The notes under the pieces are model-generated. The model was not told the origin of the DNA and did no database searches. It saw only the letters and a program-made list of their open reading frames with translations. A stretch of DNA of 64,000 bases. It comes from Octopus vulgaris. Taxonomy: Eukaryota. The position numbers were made by a program, and so were the translations under genes. The DNA is taken from assembly GCA_951406725.2 (NCBI GenBank), contig OX597841.1, positions 18,414,001 to 18,478,000 of the forward strand, in the 5' to 3' direction. Below are positions 24,134 through 35,809 of this stretch, in pieces; within the stretch, counting starts at the first letter, position 1, and each line of letters begins with the position of its first letter.

Positions 24134-24667
24134 AATCAAGTTTTTGTATTTCTTGATGAAAACCTGAAAATAAAAATGGAAAACAGATAAATCTTACACA
24201 GACATATTTTATGGAAAACGAAGATAATCTTTGCACTTGAAGCAGTTTACCTGCTGTCAGTACTTCCCACCCACCCTGCACTTACTCTATGCCCTATCTT
24301 GTCTTGTTCTATTATACAGCAACGATACATACTTAATCTACTATTAACTAAAATGTTAATGGCTGCTAATTAATGCAGCTACAAATATTTGAAGGGTGTT
24401 GTTTTACTATTTACAGACAGGAACCTGCTACTGGTAACCATGGTAATTCATCACAAAGATCCTGGGGATATTGTTTCACTCATCGGTTCAGGAACAGGAG
24501 ATGCAAAAAGTGAAATCACACCCCCTAAAATTTTGTGGGGTAATTAAAATGCTTTGGACACCCTCCTGAAAAACTTCACTACCAAAACAAACAAGCTTAG
24601 AAACATCCTTGAACTGTATATTATTTTCCACATTTGATGGATATTTGTCCTCATCTTGTTTGTTGTC

Positions 24668-24713
24668 AACACAACATTTCGGCTGATATACCCTCCAGCC
24701 TTCATCAGGTGTC
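24668..24713 (-). ncRNA. Type I hammerhead ribozyme-like fold
   Basis: Minus: GACAC-CTGATGA-A-GGCTG-loop-CAGCC-GAAA-TGTT-GTGTT (C15.2>T). Confidence 0.65.
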
Positions 24714-24932
24714 TTGAGGAAATTTCGAAACAGGGTTCTCTTTCCTAAGGTATGCTTTGGTGTTATTATTATTATTGTTGTTCAGGTCACTGTTTGGAAT
24801 CAAACTCAGAATCTTGGGATTGGTAGTCCATGTTCTTAACCACTACACCATATGCCCATGGGCATATGGCATAGTAATAAAAACATTGAAAAATACCTTA
24901 GGAATGAGAACCTAGGTCTGAAATTTCCCCAA

Positions 24933-24978
24933 GACACCTGATGAAGGCTGGAGGGTACATCAGCCGAAACGTTGTGTT
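24933..24978 (+). ncRNA. Type I hammerhead ribozyme-like fold (minimal stem III)
   Basis: GACAC-CTGATGA-A-GGCTG-GAGGGTACAT-CAGCC-GAAAC-GTT-GTGTT; all conserved core bases present; palindromic ACGT stem III. Confidence 0.75.
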
Positions 24979-25149
24979 GACAACCAACAAGCGCACAAAC
25001 ATCTGTTGAATGTAAATAATGTAAATAATGTAAATAATTCCTCATCTCTTAAATATAGAACTGTATCTTTGAACTGATTTGAAACATCACTGTTTCATTA
25101 TTGGATTTATCTGATTTCATTGCTGTAGAAATATAATTAATGATAATAA

Positions 25150-25590
25150 TTAAGGATGTGAAATATCAGGATCGTTAGCACATCAGACCAAATACTTAGT
25201 GGCATTTCGTCTGCCGTTATGTCCTGAGTTCAAATTCTGCTGAGGTCGACTTTACCTTTCATCATTTTGAGGTTGATAAAATAAATACCAGTTGTATACT
25301 GGGATCGATGTAATTGACTTAACCCTCCCCCAAATTTGCTGGCCTTGTGCCAAAATTTGAAACCATTGTTATTATTATTATTATTTAAGGCAGCGAGCTG
25401 GCAGAAGTTAGCATGCTGGGCAAAATGCTTTGTGGCATTTTGTTCATCTTTACATTCTCAGTTCAAATTCCGCTGAGGTCGACTTTACCTTTCATCCTTC
25501 TTGAGTTGATAAAATAAGTACGAGTCGAGTACTGGAGTTGATATAATTGACTCTCCCCCTTCACCAAATTTCAGGTCTTGTGCCAACATG
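25150..25590 (+). mobile_element. Two tandem SINE family C copies (Meta-domain-like)
   Basis: GAGTTCAAATTC B-box then GAGGTCGACTTTACCTTTCATC..GATAAAATAA, resembling the MetaSINE central domain. Confidence 0.7.
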
Positions 25591-25670
25591 TGGTCAAGCG
25601 GCAGTGGTGGTGGTGGTGACGGTGATGGTGATGACAACCCTAATAATGATGGTGGTGATGATGATGATGA

Positions 25671-28033
25671 CGGTGACCGGCAATTTGACTCATGGTAATT
25701 TTACTCCTGGTATTTTGACTCCAGTAATTTGATCCCTGGTAATTTGACTGCCAGTCAATTTCACTCCCAGTATTTGAAAAAAAAAATAAAACATTGAATA
25801 AAAATAAAGTAAAAAGTACAATAAAACATAAAAATATTACTAAAAACTTCAATAATGATGAAGGTTTATGAACTATTTGCTCCTAAAAAATCCATCTTAT
25901 TTTCAAGACTGAATAATTATCTACAGCCATTTATTTCTATCTTTATACATTTTTTTAGGGACCCTCGCAGATCTTCCCTCAATCAAATTCAACCTTTCTC
26001 AGTTGTGCCAAGTGTTCTTTCCTTTTCAATGCAGTAATTAATTTTCAGATATTCGAATGTGTGCAAGTTAAAGGACTTTCTCGTGCATTGTGGTAATCCT
26101 CTAAATGGTTATTAGTGTGACGCATATCCAATTCTGTTCTAAAGCGGACATTCCAACTATCAATGGAAAACAAAGGAGAAGTTCTTTGTTATGTGATTCC
26201 TCTACTTCACACCCTTAAATCCTTAAAAATGTTATAGCTCGAAGGCCGCGGCCATGCTGGGGCACCACCGCTGTGTGATAATTCAAAGTAGGACACAGGT
26301 TCGTCGTCACCTATAAGAACTTCAAATCTGTCAGTCACATGAAGAGGAAGAGAAGCCAGTGCTGAAAAACATCTGATTTTAATGCTAAACTCATTATCTT
26401 TCCTTAAAGCTAAATTCACATATTTTTCTGGACACATTTTGAGACAGATGAAAAAGACAATATGAGGTGGAAGCATTAGGAAACGCAGATAAAATGCTAT
26501 TAATGTGAGTTTTTTCAAAATCCATCAAAACATTTTCAGGGCTCAGTCCTTGATGTCATTCATTTAGCTTACTCTTTTACTTGTTTCAGTCATTTGACTG
26601 TGGCCATGCTGGAGCACCGCCTTTAATCGAGCAAATCGACCCCGGGACATATTCTTTGTAAGCCCAGTACTTATTCTATCGGTCTCTTTTGCCGAACCAC
26701 TAAGTGACGGGGACGTAACCTCACCAGCATCGGTTGTCAAGCAATGCTAGAGGGACAAACACAGACACACAAACATATACACACATACATATATATACAT
26801 ATATACATATAGACAGGCTTCTTTCAGTTTCCGTCAACCAAATCCACTCACAAGGCATTGGTCGGCCCGGGGCTATAGCAGAAGACACTTGCCCAAGATG
26901 CCACGCAGTGGGACTGAACTTGGAACCATGTGGTCGGTTAGCAAGCTACTTACCACCCAGCCACTCCTGCGCCTATTTAAGCTTATTTAAAAAGTGGGTC
27001 TAAGTTCCTTGATTCTTGTTTGGAAGTAATGCAAACAATCATGGAACACTGACTGAACTTGAATACGAAATGTGTACAACTGATAGAATACAGTTGGGGG
27101 GCACTCCAAAGTTCCACCACCTTGCCCGGTGTTTTACATTCCCTAAGTCATCAATCCCTTTATCAGTTGCAAACACAAGTAATCTGTCTACATCAGTTTC
27201 ACTTCTATCACACTGCAAAAAAGGTTTGCCACTATCAAGGAACTTGTGTTCATCATGTTTCTCATAACGAAATTGACTCTGAGGGGTTGAAGGGACCCTT
27301 ACTTTTGCTTCATGCCAGCTCCTTATATTGTGACTTACACACAAAGAGGAAGGAATGTGAGCCATTTCATTTTCATCAAGCTTTTCACAAGTAGTTGCAC
27401 TTAACGAATGAGAAGATTCCTGGGAAGCTTACACCTTTAGGTCCACTAAAGTTTTCTGAACTTTTTGTTTTGAGCCACATGAACTATGATGCTCACCAAT
27501 CTGCTTAAATATGGTAAAATCTTCATCGTGTGTCATGGTGTGGACTTGAGCTTTACAGGACTTAATTTTGCATTTCTAGTAATTCTTAGATCAATCGGCA
27601 TTTTGTTTCTGTGCTGCATACATTCAATTCATGTCATCCACAAGTTTCTTCCTTCCATGGATACTGTTAAAAACACGAGGCATGGTGTATGTGTATTTCC
27701 ATTTTAAGTGACTTTCATATTTCTGTAAGCTTGATAAACAATTTGACAAAGTGTTTACATGAACGCATGAGGCTTAGTGCTACATGAGATTACATGGCTC
27801 ACAGTGAACTGCTTACCAATCGACTCCTGATAACTTGACAATTCTTTATTTATAGAAAATGTGGCAGTCCACTTTTAATTATAAGGTGGTGGTCAAAATC
27901 CTTCCACAACAGAAACGAATGAGGCAGGGATGGTTCACAAGTAAACCTGTAAACTCTTTAAATAAAACATCCAAATGGATGATTGAAAAAGATTCTTTCA
28001 ATGAACTAAATTACTCTGTAAATCATCTTCATC

Positions 28034-28082
<49 letters not shown>

Positions 28083-28252
28083 ACGACAATAGCAACAACA
28101 ATGAATTTCAACATTTTATTTATTTATTTTTACTATTATTAGGATTGAAATTACCAAGAGTAAAATTGACCAGCAGTCAAATTACTGGGGGTCAAATTAC
28201 TGAGTCAAAACACTGGGAGTGAAATTACCAGGAGTCAAATTATCTAGAACTG
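25671..28252 (-). mobile_element. Decayed Mutator-like (FLYWCH + MULE, Phantom-like) transposon with ~105-bp TIRs built of ~15-bp subrepeats
   Basis: TIRs 25671-25775 and 28147-28252; minus-strand fragments GRKKLVDD..KCKIKSCKAQVHT..GEH (FLYWCH-like), RLLVFATD..FYQLYT..FALLPNK, DFEK..CLFHLSQ, WNV..TNNHLEDYH; inserted in (GAT)n. Confidence 0.85.
26569..26973 (-). mobile_element. SINE family A inserted in the MULE transposase
   Basis: Family match; splits the transposase fragments. Confidence 0.9.
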
Positions 28253-28685
28253 ATGATGATAATGATGATGATGATGATTATGACAACGATGATGACAACG
28301 ACAATGACTACAACGATGATGACCCTGATGATGATGATGATGATAATGCAATGAAACAATTTCCTAAAGATATTTCTAATGGATTACATGGCTACCAGTA
28401 GCAGGTTTCTGCCTGTAAGTAGTGAAACAATATCCTTGAGATATTTGCAGCTATAATAATTAGTTAGTAGCTATTAACATTTTAGTTAATAGTAGGTCAA
28501 GTATGTCTTCAAGCTGTGCAATGGGACAGGACAAGATGGAACTGAAAGCTAGTGTGAAGTGGGTTGGGGTGGAAGTACTCACTGCAACTAAACTGCTTTA
28601 AGTGCAAAGATTATCTTCTCTTTTGATAAACTAAATTAGAGTAAGATTTTTCTGTTTCCCATTTATTTTCAGGTTTTCATTAGAA

Positions 28686-28880
28686 ACTGTTCTAGATTTA
28701 AGAGACGAGGAATTATGGACATTATTTACATTATTTACATTCTTTACATTTGACAGATATTTGTCCTCATCTTGTTTCGTGTTAATATGTTTCAGCTGAT
28801 ATACCCTCCAGCCTTCATCAGATGTTTTGGGGAAATTTCAAACTTGGGTTCTCATTCCTAAGGTATTTTTCAATGTTATT
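28686..28880 (-). mobile_element. Additional copy of hammerhead element H5 (degenerate core at ~28783-28826)
   Basis: CTGATATACCCTCCAGCCTTCATCAG is identical to the 24.7-kb arm. Confidence 0.65.
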
Positions 28881-28919
<39 letters not shown>

Positions 28920-29025
28920 ATTATTATTATTATTAAACAGTTAAGACGAAGAGCGCAATTCGATTGTGAGATATTTTATTAGTTGAACGATATTTCAACA
29001 GTATGTCTGTCTTTGTCAAGTTTAA

Positions 29026-29134
<109 letters not shown>

Positions 29135-29140
29135 TATTCC

Positions 29141-29323
29141 CATGATAAATCGCTAGCCACTAAACCTTTTTCTATTTTCTCTCCCTCTTTAGTTCTGTGT
29201 TCCTTTCTGCTGAAAAGCTCAGGCTCGAAACGTAAAAGACTTTCTCACTTCCTGAGCATTAAACTAATACATCTGTTTGTTGTTTACACACCTGTCTTCG
29301 TCTTTTGTTTTTTTGTAAATTCT

Positions 29324-29381
<58 letters not shown>

Positions 29382-29561
29382 TGAGAGTTTAGGAAAAAAA
29401 CAAAAGACGAAGACAGGTGGTGTAAAAACAAACAGATGTGTTAGTATAACACTCAGGAATAGAAAAAGTCTTTTACGTCACAAGCCTATGCTCTTCTACA
29501 GAAAGAGACAGAAAAAACAAGGAGAGAAAAAAAATGTGTTTAGTGGGTAACGATCTATCAT
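29141..29561. mobile_element. Tail-to-tail inverted pair of hammerhead monomers H3 around a (TA)n tract
   Basis: Plus core CTTT-CTGCTGA-AAAGC-TCAG-GCTC-GAAAC-GTA-AAAG (29203-29238); inverted, more degenerate copy at 29469-29506. Confidence 0.65.
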
Positions 29562-29947
29562 ATGAATATATATGAATGATGTTTGGAATTCAGAATTTGG
29601 ATTGTGTAGATAGACATTGACACATTATTCTTGCCAGTCAGGACACGTGTTAGGCTCCAAGGTATGTTGTTTTTGTGTTAGAAACTATGTAGAGGAATGT
29701 TTTCTTGAATGGATCCATTTTTGGTTCCTAACTTCGAAATTGCAATACAGGACTAACCTTTTATTTAGGCTTTGAATTTTATGTGTCATGTCACTTGCTG
29801 ACAGCATTTATAGTTCAGGAGAAATAATAGGAGTGATTATAGTGGCTTTGTGGCTGTTTTGACTGCTATTTCTAGGCATGTAAGGGTTTTAACCTTCTCC
29901 GTTATGATTGTGATTCTCCACAATTATTGCACTCTTCTTATATGAAT

Positions 29948-29980
<33 letters not shown>

Positions 29981-30014
29981 AGTTCAGCAAAATTTAGATT
30001 CAGATGAATATGGT

Positions 30015-30369
30015 ACTTCCCTGGGCATGGATTCACTGAAGCTCCGGCGTCTGGCGACGGACTTGGTAAACACCCACAAAGTTATCAACCACCTCACCAA
30101 CAACAACACTGAACACCTTTTTGATCTCCATGTGTCTAACACACGTGGACATGCCTACAAAGTCAGAAAACAACACAGCTCCCATGACTTTCGGAAACAT
30201 TTTTTCACGCTCAGAGTTGCTGAAGCATGGCATAAACTGCCTGCGTCAGTTGTTGACTGCCATGACACTGCATCCTTTAAGGCCCTCATGCTTTCTGAAA
30301 TCCGCTGAAACTACACCTGATTATATATACACTTTAGATGAGTTGTAGTGCACCTGAGCACTGTACACA

Positions 30370-30420
<51 letters not shown>
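30015..30420 (+). mobile_element. 5'-truncated CR1-group LINE 3' end with (ATT)n tail
   Basis: LKLRRL..DL...TRGHAYKV..RKHFFTLRVAEAWHKLPASVV...SFK C-terminal signature; trinucleotide tail at 30370-30420. Confidence 0.85.
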
Positions 30421-30422
<2 letters not shown>

Positions 30423-30514
30423 GTTAAAGGCACCAGAATTTGGTATGGTATTATCCATATAAATCAAATGGGGTGACTATAATCAAAATAAGCAACAAGG
30501 ATGTCCAAGGTAGA

Positions 30515-30600
30515 GTAGTACAATTGTTTCCTGCTACTTCATTTTATTAAAGAATGTAAGGATTACATCAGTTTTAAAATGTTGAGCAATCTTCAGCCAC
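30515..30600 (-). ncRNA. Hammerhead-like fold (H1 left arm)
   Basis: Minus: GTGG-CTGAAGA-TTGCT...AGCAG-GAAAC-AATT-GTA-CTAC. Confidence 0.6.
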
Positions 30601-30802
30601 ATATAGAATTTTTTTATTAAATGGACAATGTACATTTTTATCTCCATTTCATTGGCCAACATTACAAAGAGGGTAGATATAATGACAGAGAGAGGTTAAT
30701 GTCATTCTTAAGAACATGATAGTAGTAAATTCACTCTTTGACTGTTGGCAAATGAAATATGGATAAGAATGTGCATTGTCCGTTTGATTGGAAAATTCTA
30801 TA

Positions 30803-30890
30803 AGTGGCTGAAGATTGCTCAACATTTTAAAATTGCTGTAATACTTACGGTGTTTAATAAAATGAAGTAGCATGAAACAATTGTATCACT
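30803..30890 (+). ncRNA. Hammerhead-like fold (H1 right arm)
   Basis: AGTGG-CTGAAGA-TTGCT...AGCAT-GAAAC-AATT-GTA-TCACT; palindromic stem III ACAATTGT; stem I pairing kept despite substitutions. Confidence 0.65.
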
Positions 30891-30932
30891 CTTCTTCGGA
30901 TATACTTGTTGCTTATTTTGATTATATATATA

Positions 30933-31342
30933 TACTCTTTTACTCTTTTACTTGTTTCAGTCACTTCACTGCAGCCATGCTGGAGCACCGCCTTTAATCA
31001 AGCAAATCGACCCCGGGACTTATTCTTTTTGTAAGCCCAGTACTTATTCTATCGGTCATTTTGCCGAACTGCTAAGTAACGGGGACATAAACACACCAGC
31101 ATCGGTTGTCAAGCAATGCTAGGGGGACAAACACAGATACACAAACACACACACATACATATATATATATACATATATACGACAGGCTTCTTTCAGTTTC
31201 CGTCTACCAAATCCACTCACAAGGAATTGGTCGGCCCGGGGCTATAGCAGAAGACACTTACCCAAGGTGCCATGCAGTGGGACTGAACCCAGAACCATGT
31301 GGTTGGTTAGCAAGCTACTTACCACACAGCCACTCCTGCGCC
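30933..31342 (-). mobile_element. SINE family A, full length
   Basis: Family match. Confidence 0.9.
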
Positions 31343-31461
31343 TATAGTAGAAGATGCTTGCCTAAGATGCCATGCAGTGGGACTGAACCTGGAACCATGT
31401 GGTTGGGAAGTAAACCTCTCCTCCCACACAGCCATGCCTGTATGTATAGGTGGAGGATGAT

Positions 31462-31472
31462 TGTGTGTGTAC

Positions 31473-31507
<35 letters not shown>

Positions 31508-31809
31508 TGTATATGTATGTGTGTGTATGTGTGTTTTTGTGTGTGTGTGTGTGTAGGTGTGTGTGTGTGTGTTTGCAGGTGTGTGTGTGTGTGAGTGTGT
31601 GTGTGTGTAGGTGTGTGTGTGTGTAGGTGTGTGTGTGTGCGTGTGAGTGTGTGTGTGTGAGTGTGTGTGTGTGTGTAGGTGTGTGTATGCGTAGGTGTGT
31701 GTGTGTGAGTGTGTGTGTGTGCGTATGTGTGTGTATATGTATGTGTGTGTGTTTACATGTGTGTTTTTGTGTACGTGTGTGTGTGTGTGTGTGAATATGT
31801 GTATGTATA

Positions 31810-31845
<36 letters not shown>

Positions 31846-31848
31846 TGT
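31462..31848. repeat. Imperfect (TG)n microsatellite
   Basis: Direct dinucleotide repeats. Confidence 0.95.
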
Positions 31849-32518
31849 AAGTGACCCATGGAAAGCTTTAGCCACAAATTGATTATTTTTCTTTGCTTTG
31901 CATGTTAGTGTTCACTCTTCTTTGCAGATGAATTTAATTATGTTTTTAGATCAATTGTAACTTTGATTTGATAAAACGCAACAATGGAAACCATTGGGGA
32001 AAAAGCTATTGATGAATTTACATGTGGCCCCTAATTATTGGTTGGCATGAATGTGGGAGTCTAATTGGGAAACGGATGAATTTTCTAGTATTAGTCATCC
32101 AGATCCAGCCACTACTTCTCTGATTCATAAGGGCTGATTTCCCGATTTCCATGGCATATATATCCCCTCCCCCCCCACCACCTGGACGGGAAGCCAGTCC
32201 ATCAAAGGATTATTCCTTTATACCAGCTGAGTGGACAGAAGCAACATGAAATGAAGTGTTTTGCTCAAGGATACAACACGTTGCCTCATCCAGGAATTGA
32301 AACCACAATCCTTTGATCATGAGTTCAACACCCGAATCACTAAGCCATGCAATTCCACAAATAGACTGCAGCAATGTGAAATGAAGTGTTTTCCTCAAGA
32401 ACATATGTTGTCTGGTCCAGGAATTGAAACCACAATCTTACGAGCTGTGTTCTTGAGCCAATCACTTCATTTCACATTGCTCACAAACTTATGAACAACA
32501 AGAGCAGCAATAGGAAGT

Positions 32519-32860
32519 GGAGGCACAATGGCCCAGTGGTTAGGGCAGCGGACTCGCGGTCGGAGGATCGCGGTTTTGATTCCCAGACCTCCAGCAGGAG
32601 GGTGGTGTTGCAACCCCTGTTGTACTCTTTCGCTCCAACTTTCTCTCACTCTTTCTTCCTGTTTCTTGTCCCCTGACTTCCTACGCAACCGCTGAGCCTG
32701 GATGTGCATTCATCCATCCGTCGATGCTCTCGGTGTCGGGGGTTGACCTGCCTTCTCTTCTGCGGGTCTTACGAATAGCAAAGGACCACGTTTCGGACTT
32801 CTCCCGAGGCGCGATTTTGCGAGCTCTGGGATGAAGACTGCTTCGCTCACCAAACAAACA
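32519..32860 (+). mobile_element. SINE family E head with an alternative 3' tail ending (CAAA)n
   Basis: Head matches the 4283-4589 copy up to CTCACTCTTTCTTCC, then diverges completely. Confidence 0.7.
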
Positions 32861-33046
32861 AGCAGCAACAGGAGTTGCAGAATCAACTATTACAGCAACA
32901 ACTAAAACAACAACAATTATTGGAACTATATTCAAAGAAGTTCAAAATTGGAGTAAGTTCGTTTTTGCCAGATGGCATTTTGAACTTGATTAATGAATTC
33001 AGTTATAACCCAGAGGAGGATATAACCCTTGCATCATACTACAGAA
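32861..33046 (+). pseudogene. Gypsy/Ty3-type gag N-terminal fragment
   Basis: Q-rich coil then INEFSYNPEEDITLASYYRR, resembling the F.Y.PE...F..(W/Y)..RY motif of K02A2.6-like Gypsy gags (recognised from memory). Confidence 0.65.
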
Positions 33047-33449
33047 GGAGTGGCTGTCTGGTAAGTAGCTTGCTAACCAACCACATGGTTCCGGGTTCAG
33101 TCCCACTGCGTGGCATCTTGGGCAAGTGTCTTCCACTATAGCCCCGGGCCGACCAATGCCTTGTGAGTGGATTTGGTAGACGGAAACTGAAAGAAGCCTG
33201 TCGTATATATGTATATATATATGTGTATGTGTGTGTATATGTTTGTGTGTCTGTGTTTGTCCCCCCACCATTGCTTGACAACTGATGCTGGTGTGTTTAC
33301 GTCCCCGTCACTTAGCGGCTCGGCAAAACAGACTGATAGAATAAGTACTGGGCTTGCAAAGAATAAGTCCCGGGGTTGATTTGCTCGACTAAAGGCGGTG
33401 CTCCAGCTTGGCCACAGTCAAATGACTGAAACAAGTAAAAGAGAGTAAA
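33047..33449 (+). mobile_element. SINE family A, full length
   Basis: Family match. Confidence 0.9.
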
Positions 33450-33528
33450 GAGGTATTGGAAAGAAAAAAAACCATAAAAATGAAAGAATTCCACTTTCTC
33501 ACAGTCGTCAAAATCTCAGAAAGGGATA

Positions 33529-34082
33529 TGCTGTGATGGAAGTTACAACGGCCCCTTGCAAGAGATAAACTGGTCTGAGTAAAGTATAAATAATAAAAAT
33601 CCGAGTTTGGAGTCGAGAGAAGTTTGTGTTAGTTCAGAGTGAAGTCAGAAGGGGCCGGTTTGGTTAGTTCACAAGGAATATTAATTGTTGGTTGGTAAAG
33701 AGATTTCTTAGTTTTTTACTGTTGTCTGGTTATCTTATTTATTCATCATCATCATCATCATCATCATTTAGCGTCCGCTTTCCATGCTAGCATGGGTTGG
33801 ACGGTTCAACTGGAGTCTGGGAAGCTAGAAGGCTTCATCAGGCCCAGTCTGATCTGGCAGTGTTTCTACGGCTGGATGCCCTTCCTAACGCCAACCACTC
33901 CGTGAGTGTAGTGGGTGCTTTTTACGTGCCACCCGCACAGGTGCCAGACGGAGCTGGCAAACAGACATGGACGGATGGTGCTTTTTACGTGCAACCGGCA
34001 CGGGGGCCAGGCGAGGCTGGCAACGGCCACGAACGGATGGTGCTACGTGCCACCGGCACACATAACAAATTATGTTACAACA
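33529..34082 (+). mobile_element. LTR (3' LTR after a polypurine tract) split by a SINE B insertion (33744-34059)
   Basis: AGAAAGGGA PPT-like run, TG start, TATAAATA, ends ACATAACAAATTATGTTACAACA; homologous to 38720-38976. Confidence 0.65.
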
Positions 34083-34424
34083 TATATATATGTATGTATA
34101 TATCTGTGTGTGTGTGTGTGTGTGTTGTGTTTGTCCCTCCCCCCCCCACACACACACTGCTTGATAACTGGTGTTGGTGTATTGATGTCTCTGTAACTTA
34201 GCAGTTCAGCAAAAGAGACCGATAGCATAAGTATTAGACTTAAAGAAAATTAAGTCCTGGGGTCGATTCATTCAACTAAACTGCCTCAAGCTGGTGCCCC
34301 AGCATGGCCACAATCAAATGATTAAAACAAATAAAAGATATGAGAGGAACTCTCAATTAAGTGGAGATTTGTCTTGGCTAGGGTCTTCTTAACACCTATG
34401 GATGCCCTTATTTTTAATAGAATT

Positions 34425-34784
34425 TGTATTCTTTTATTCTTTTACCGCTTTCAGTCATTTTGACTGCTGCCATGCTGGAGCACCACCTTTTTAGTCGAGC
34501 AAATCAACCCCAGGACTTATTCTTTGTACACCCAGTACTTATTCTATCGGTCTCTTTTGCCGAACTGCTAAGTTACGGGGTACGTAAACACACCAGCATT
34601 GATTGTCAAGCGATGTTGGGGGGACAAACACAGACACACAAATACACACACACACACACACACACACACATATGATGGGCTTGTTTCAGTTTCCGTCTAC
34701 CAAATCCGCTCACAAGGCTTTGGTCTGAACCCAGAGCCATGTGGTTGGTAAACAAGCTACTTACCACACAGCCACTCCTGCACC
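34425..34784 (-). mobile_element. SINE family A (internally deleted)
   Basis: Family match. Confidence 0.85.
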
Positions 34785-35809
34785 TATGTATAATAAACCT
34801 ACAATTTAAAATTTAATGCAAATATCACTCAAAAATGCAGTGGTCTACATACAGTTGTTCTCAACAGGATTCCACATGACCCCTGTAGATCCATGTAAGA
34901 TTTTGGAGGTCCAGGCTAACAAAATAGCCGATTGGTGATCCACAGCGTTATCTTAAGAATCCGTCTAAAGTTTTGATTGAAATGTATTTATTTACAAAAA
35001 ACAGTTGTCTTTCTCTAATGTTTTACACAGTTCAACCCACACGTATTACTGTGTGAAAAACAAGATAGGAATTTGGAAAGAAGTTTCTAGAAAGCTAGTT
35101 TTCAAACATTGAATGGCTCTGGGGCTCCTCCAGAATAAAAGAGTAATCAAAGCAGGCCACAGATTAAAAAAATGGTTGAGCACCACTTGTCTACTATTTA
35201 TCTTGTGTCTTTTTCTTGTTTCAGTCTTGAAGAATTTTTAGTCAAATGAATCAACCTCAGTACTTATGTTTTTTAATACCTTGTACTTATTCATTTGGTC
35301 TCTTTTACTGAAATGCTAAATTGCGAGGATATAAACACACCAACACTGGTGATTAGGGACAAACACTGACACAAAGACACACACACACATAATTATATGA
35401 TGGGCTTCTTTCAGTTTCTATCTACCAGATCCACTCACAAAACTTTGGTTGATCTGGGGCTATAGTAGAAGATACTTGCCCAAGGTGCCATGCAGTGGGA
35501 CTGAACCTGGAACCATGTGGTTGGGAAGCAAGTTTCTTACCACGATATGTTAAAGCTTGTTTTGATGTTCAGTTATACAATTTTATATTAATCTGAGAGG
35601 TTACTGAATACTTTTGTAGAGCACCAGATTAATTATTCTTAAACAAAGATATTGTTGACAGTGACTTTGAAGTTTTTTGCCAGTTAAACCATCATTTTAT
35701 GTATGTACAAAGACTTGTCAGACCAAGGGAAATTGTAGCCATGGCCACTGCCGGTGCCATGTAAATGGCACCCATGCTGATGGCACATAGAAAAGCACCC
35801 ATTACACTC

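Larger units (their letters stand above)
24617..25064. mobile_element. Head-to-head fold-back of a tRNA-headed, hammerhead-bearing SINE-like element (family H5) with 12-bp TSD
   Basis: Inverted arms around CCATATGCCCATGGGCATATGG; flanks ATCCTTGAACTG (24605-24616) and ATCTTTGAACTG (25065-25076); tRNA-like head on minus at 24785-24857. Confidence 0.7.
30478..30926. mobile_element. Fold-back element H1 (about 183-bp diverged arms), hammerhead fold in each arm
   Basis: Arms 30478-30660 and 30742-30926; same family as 2176-2496. Confidence 0.7.
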
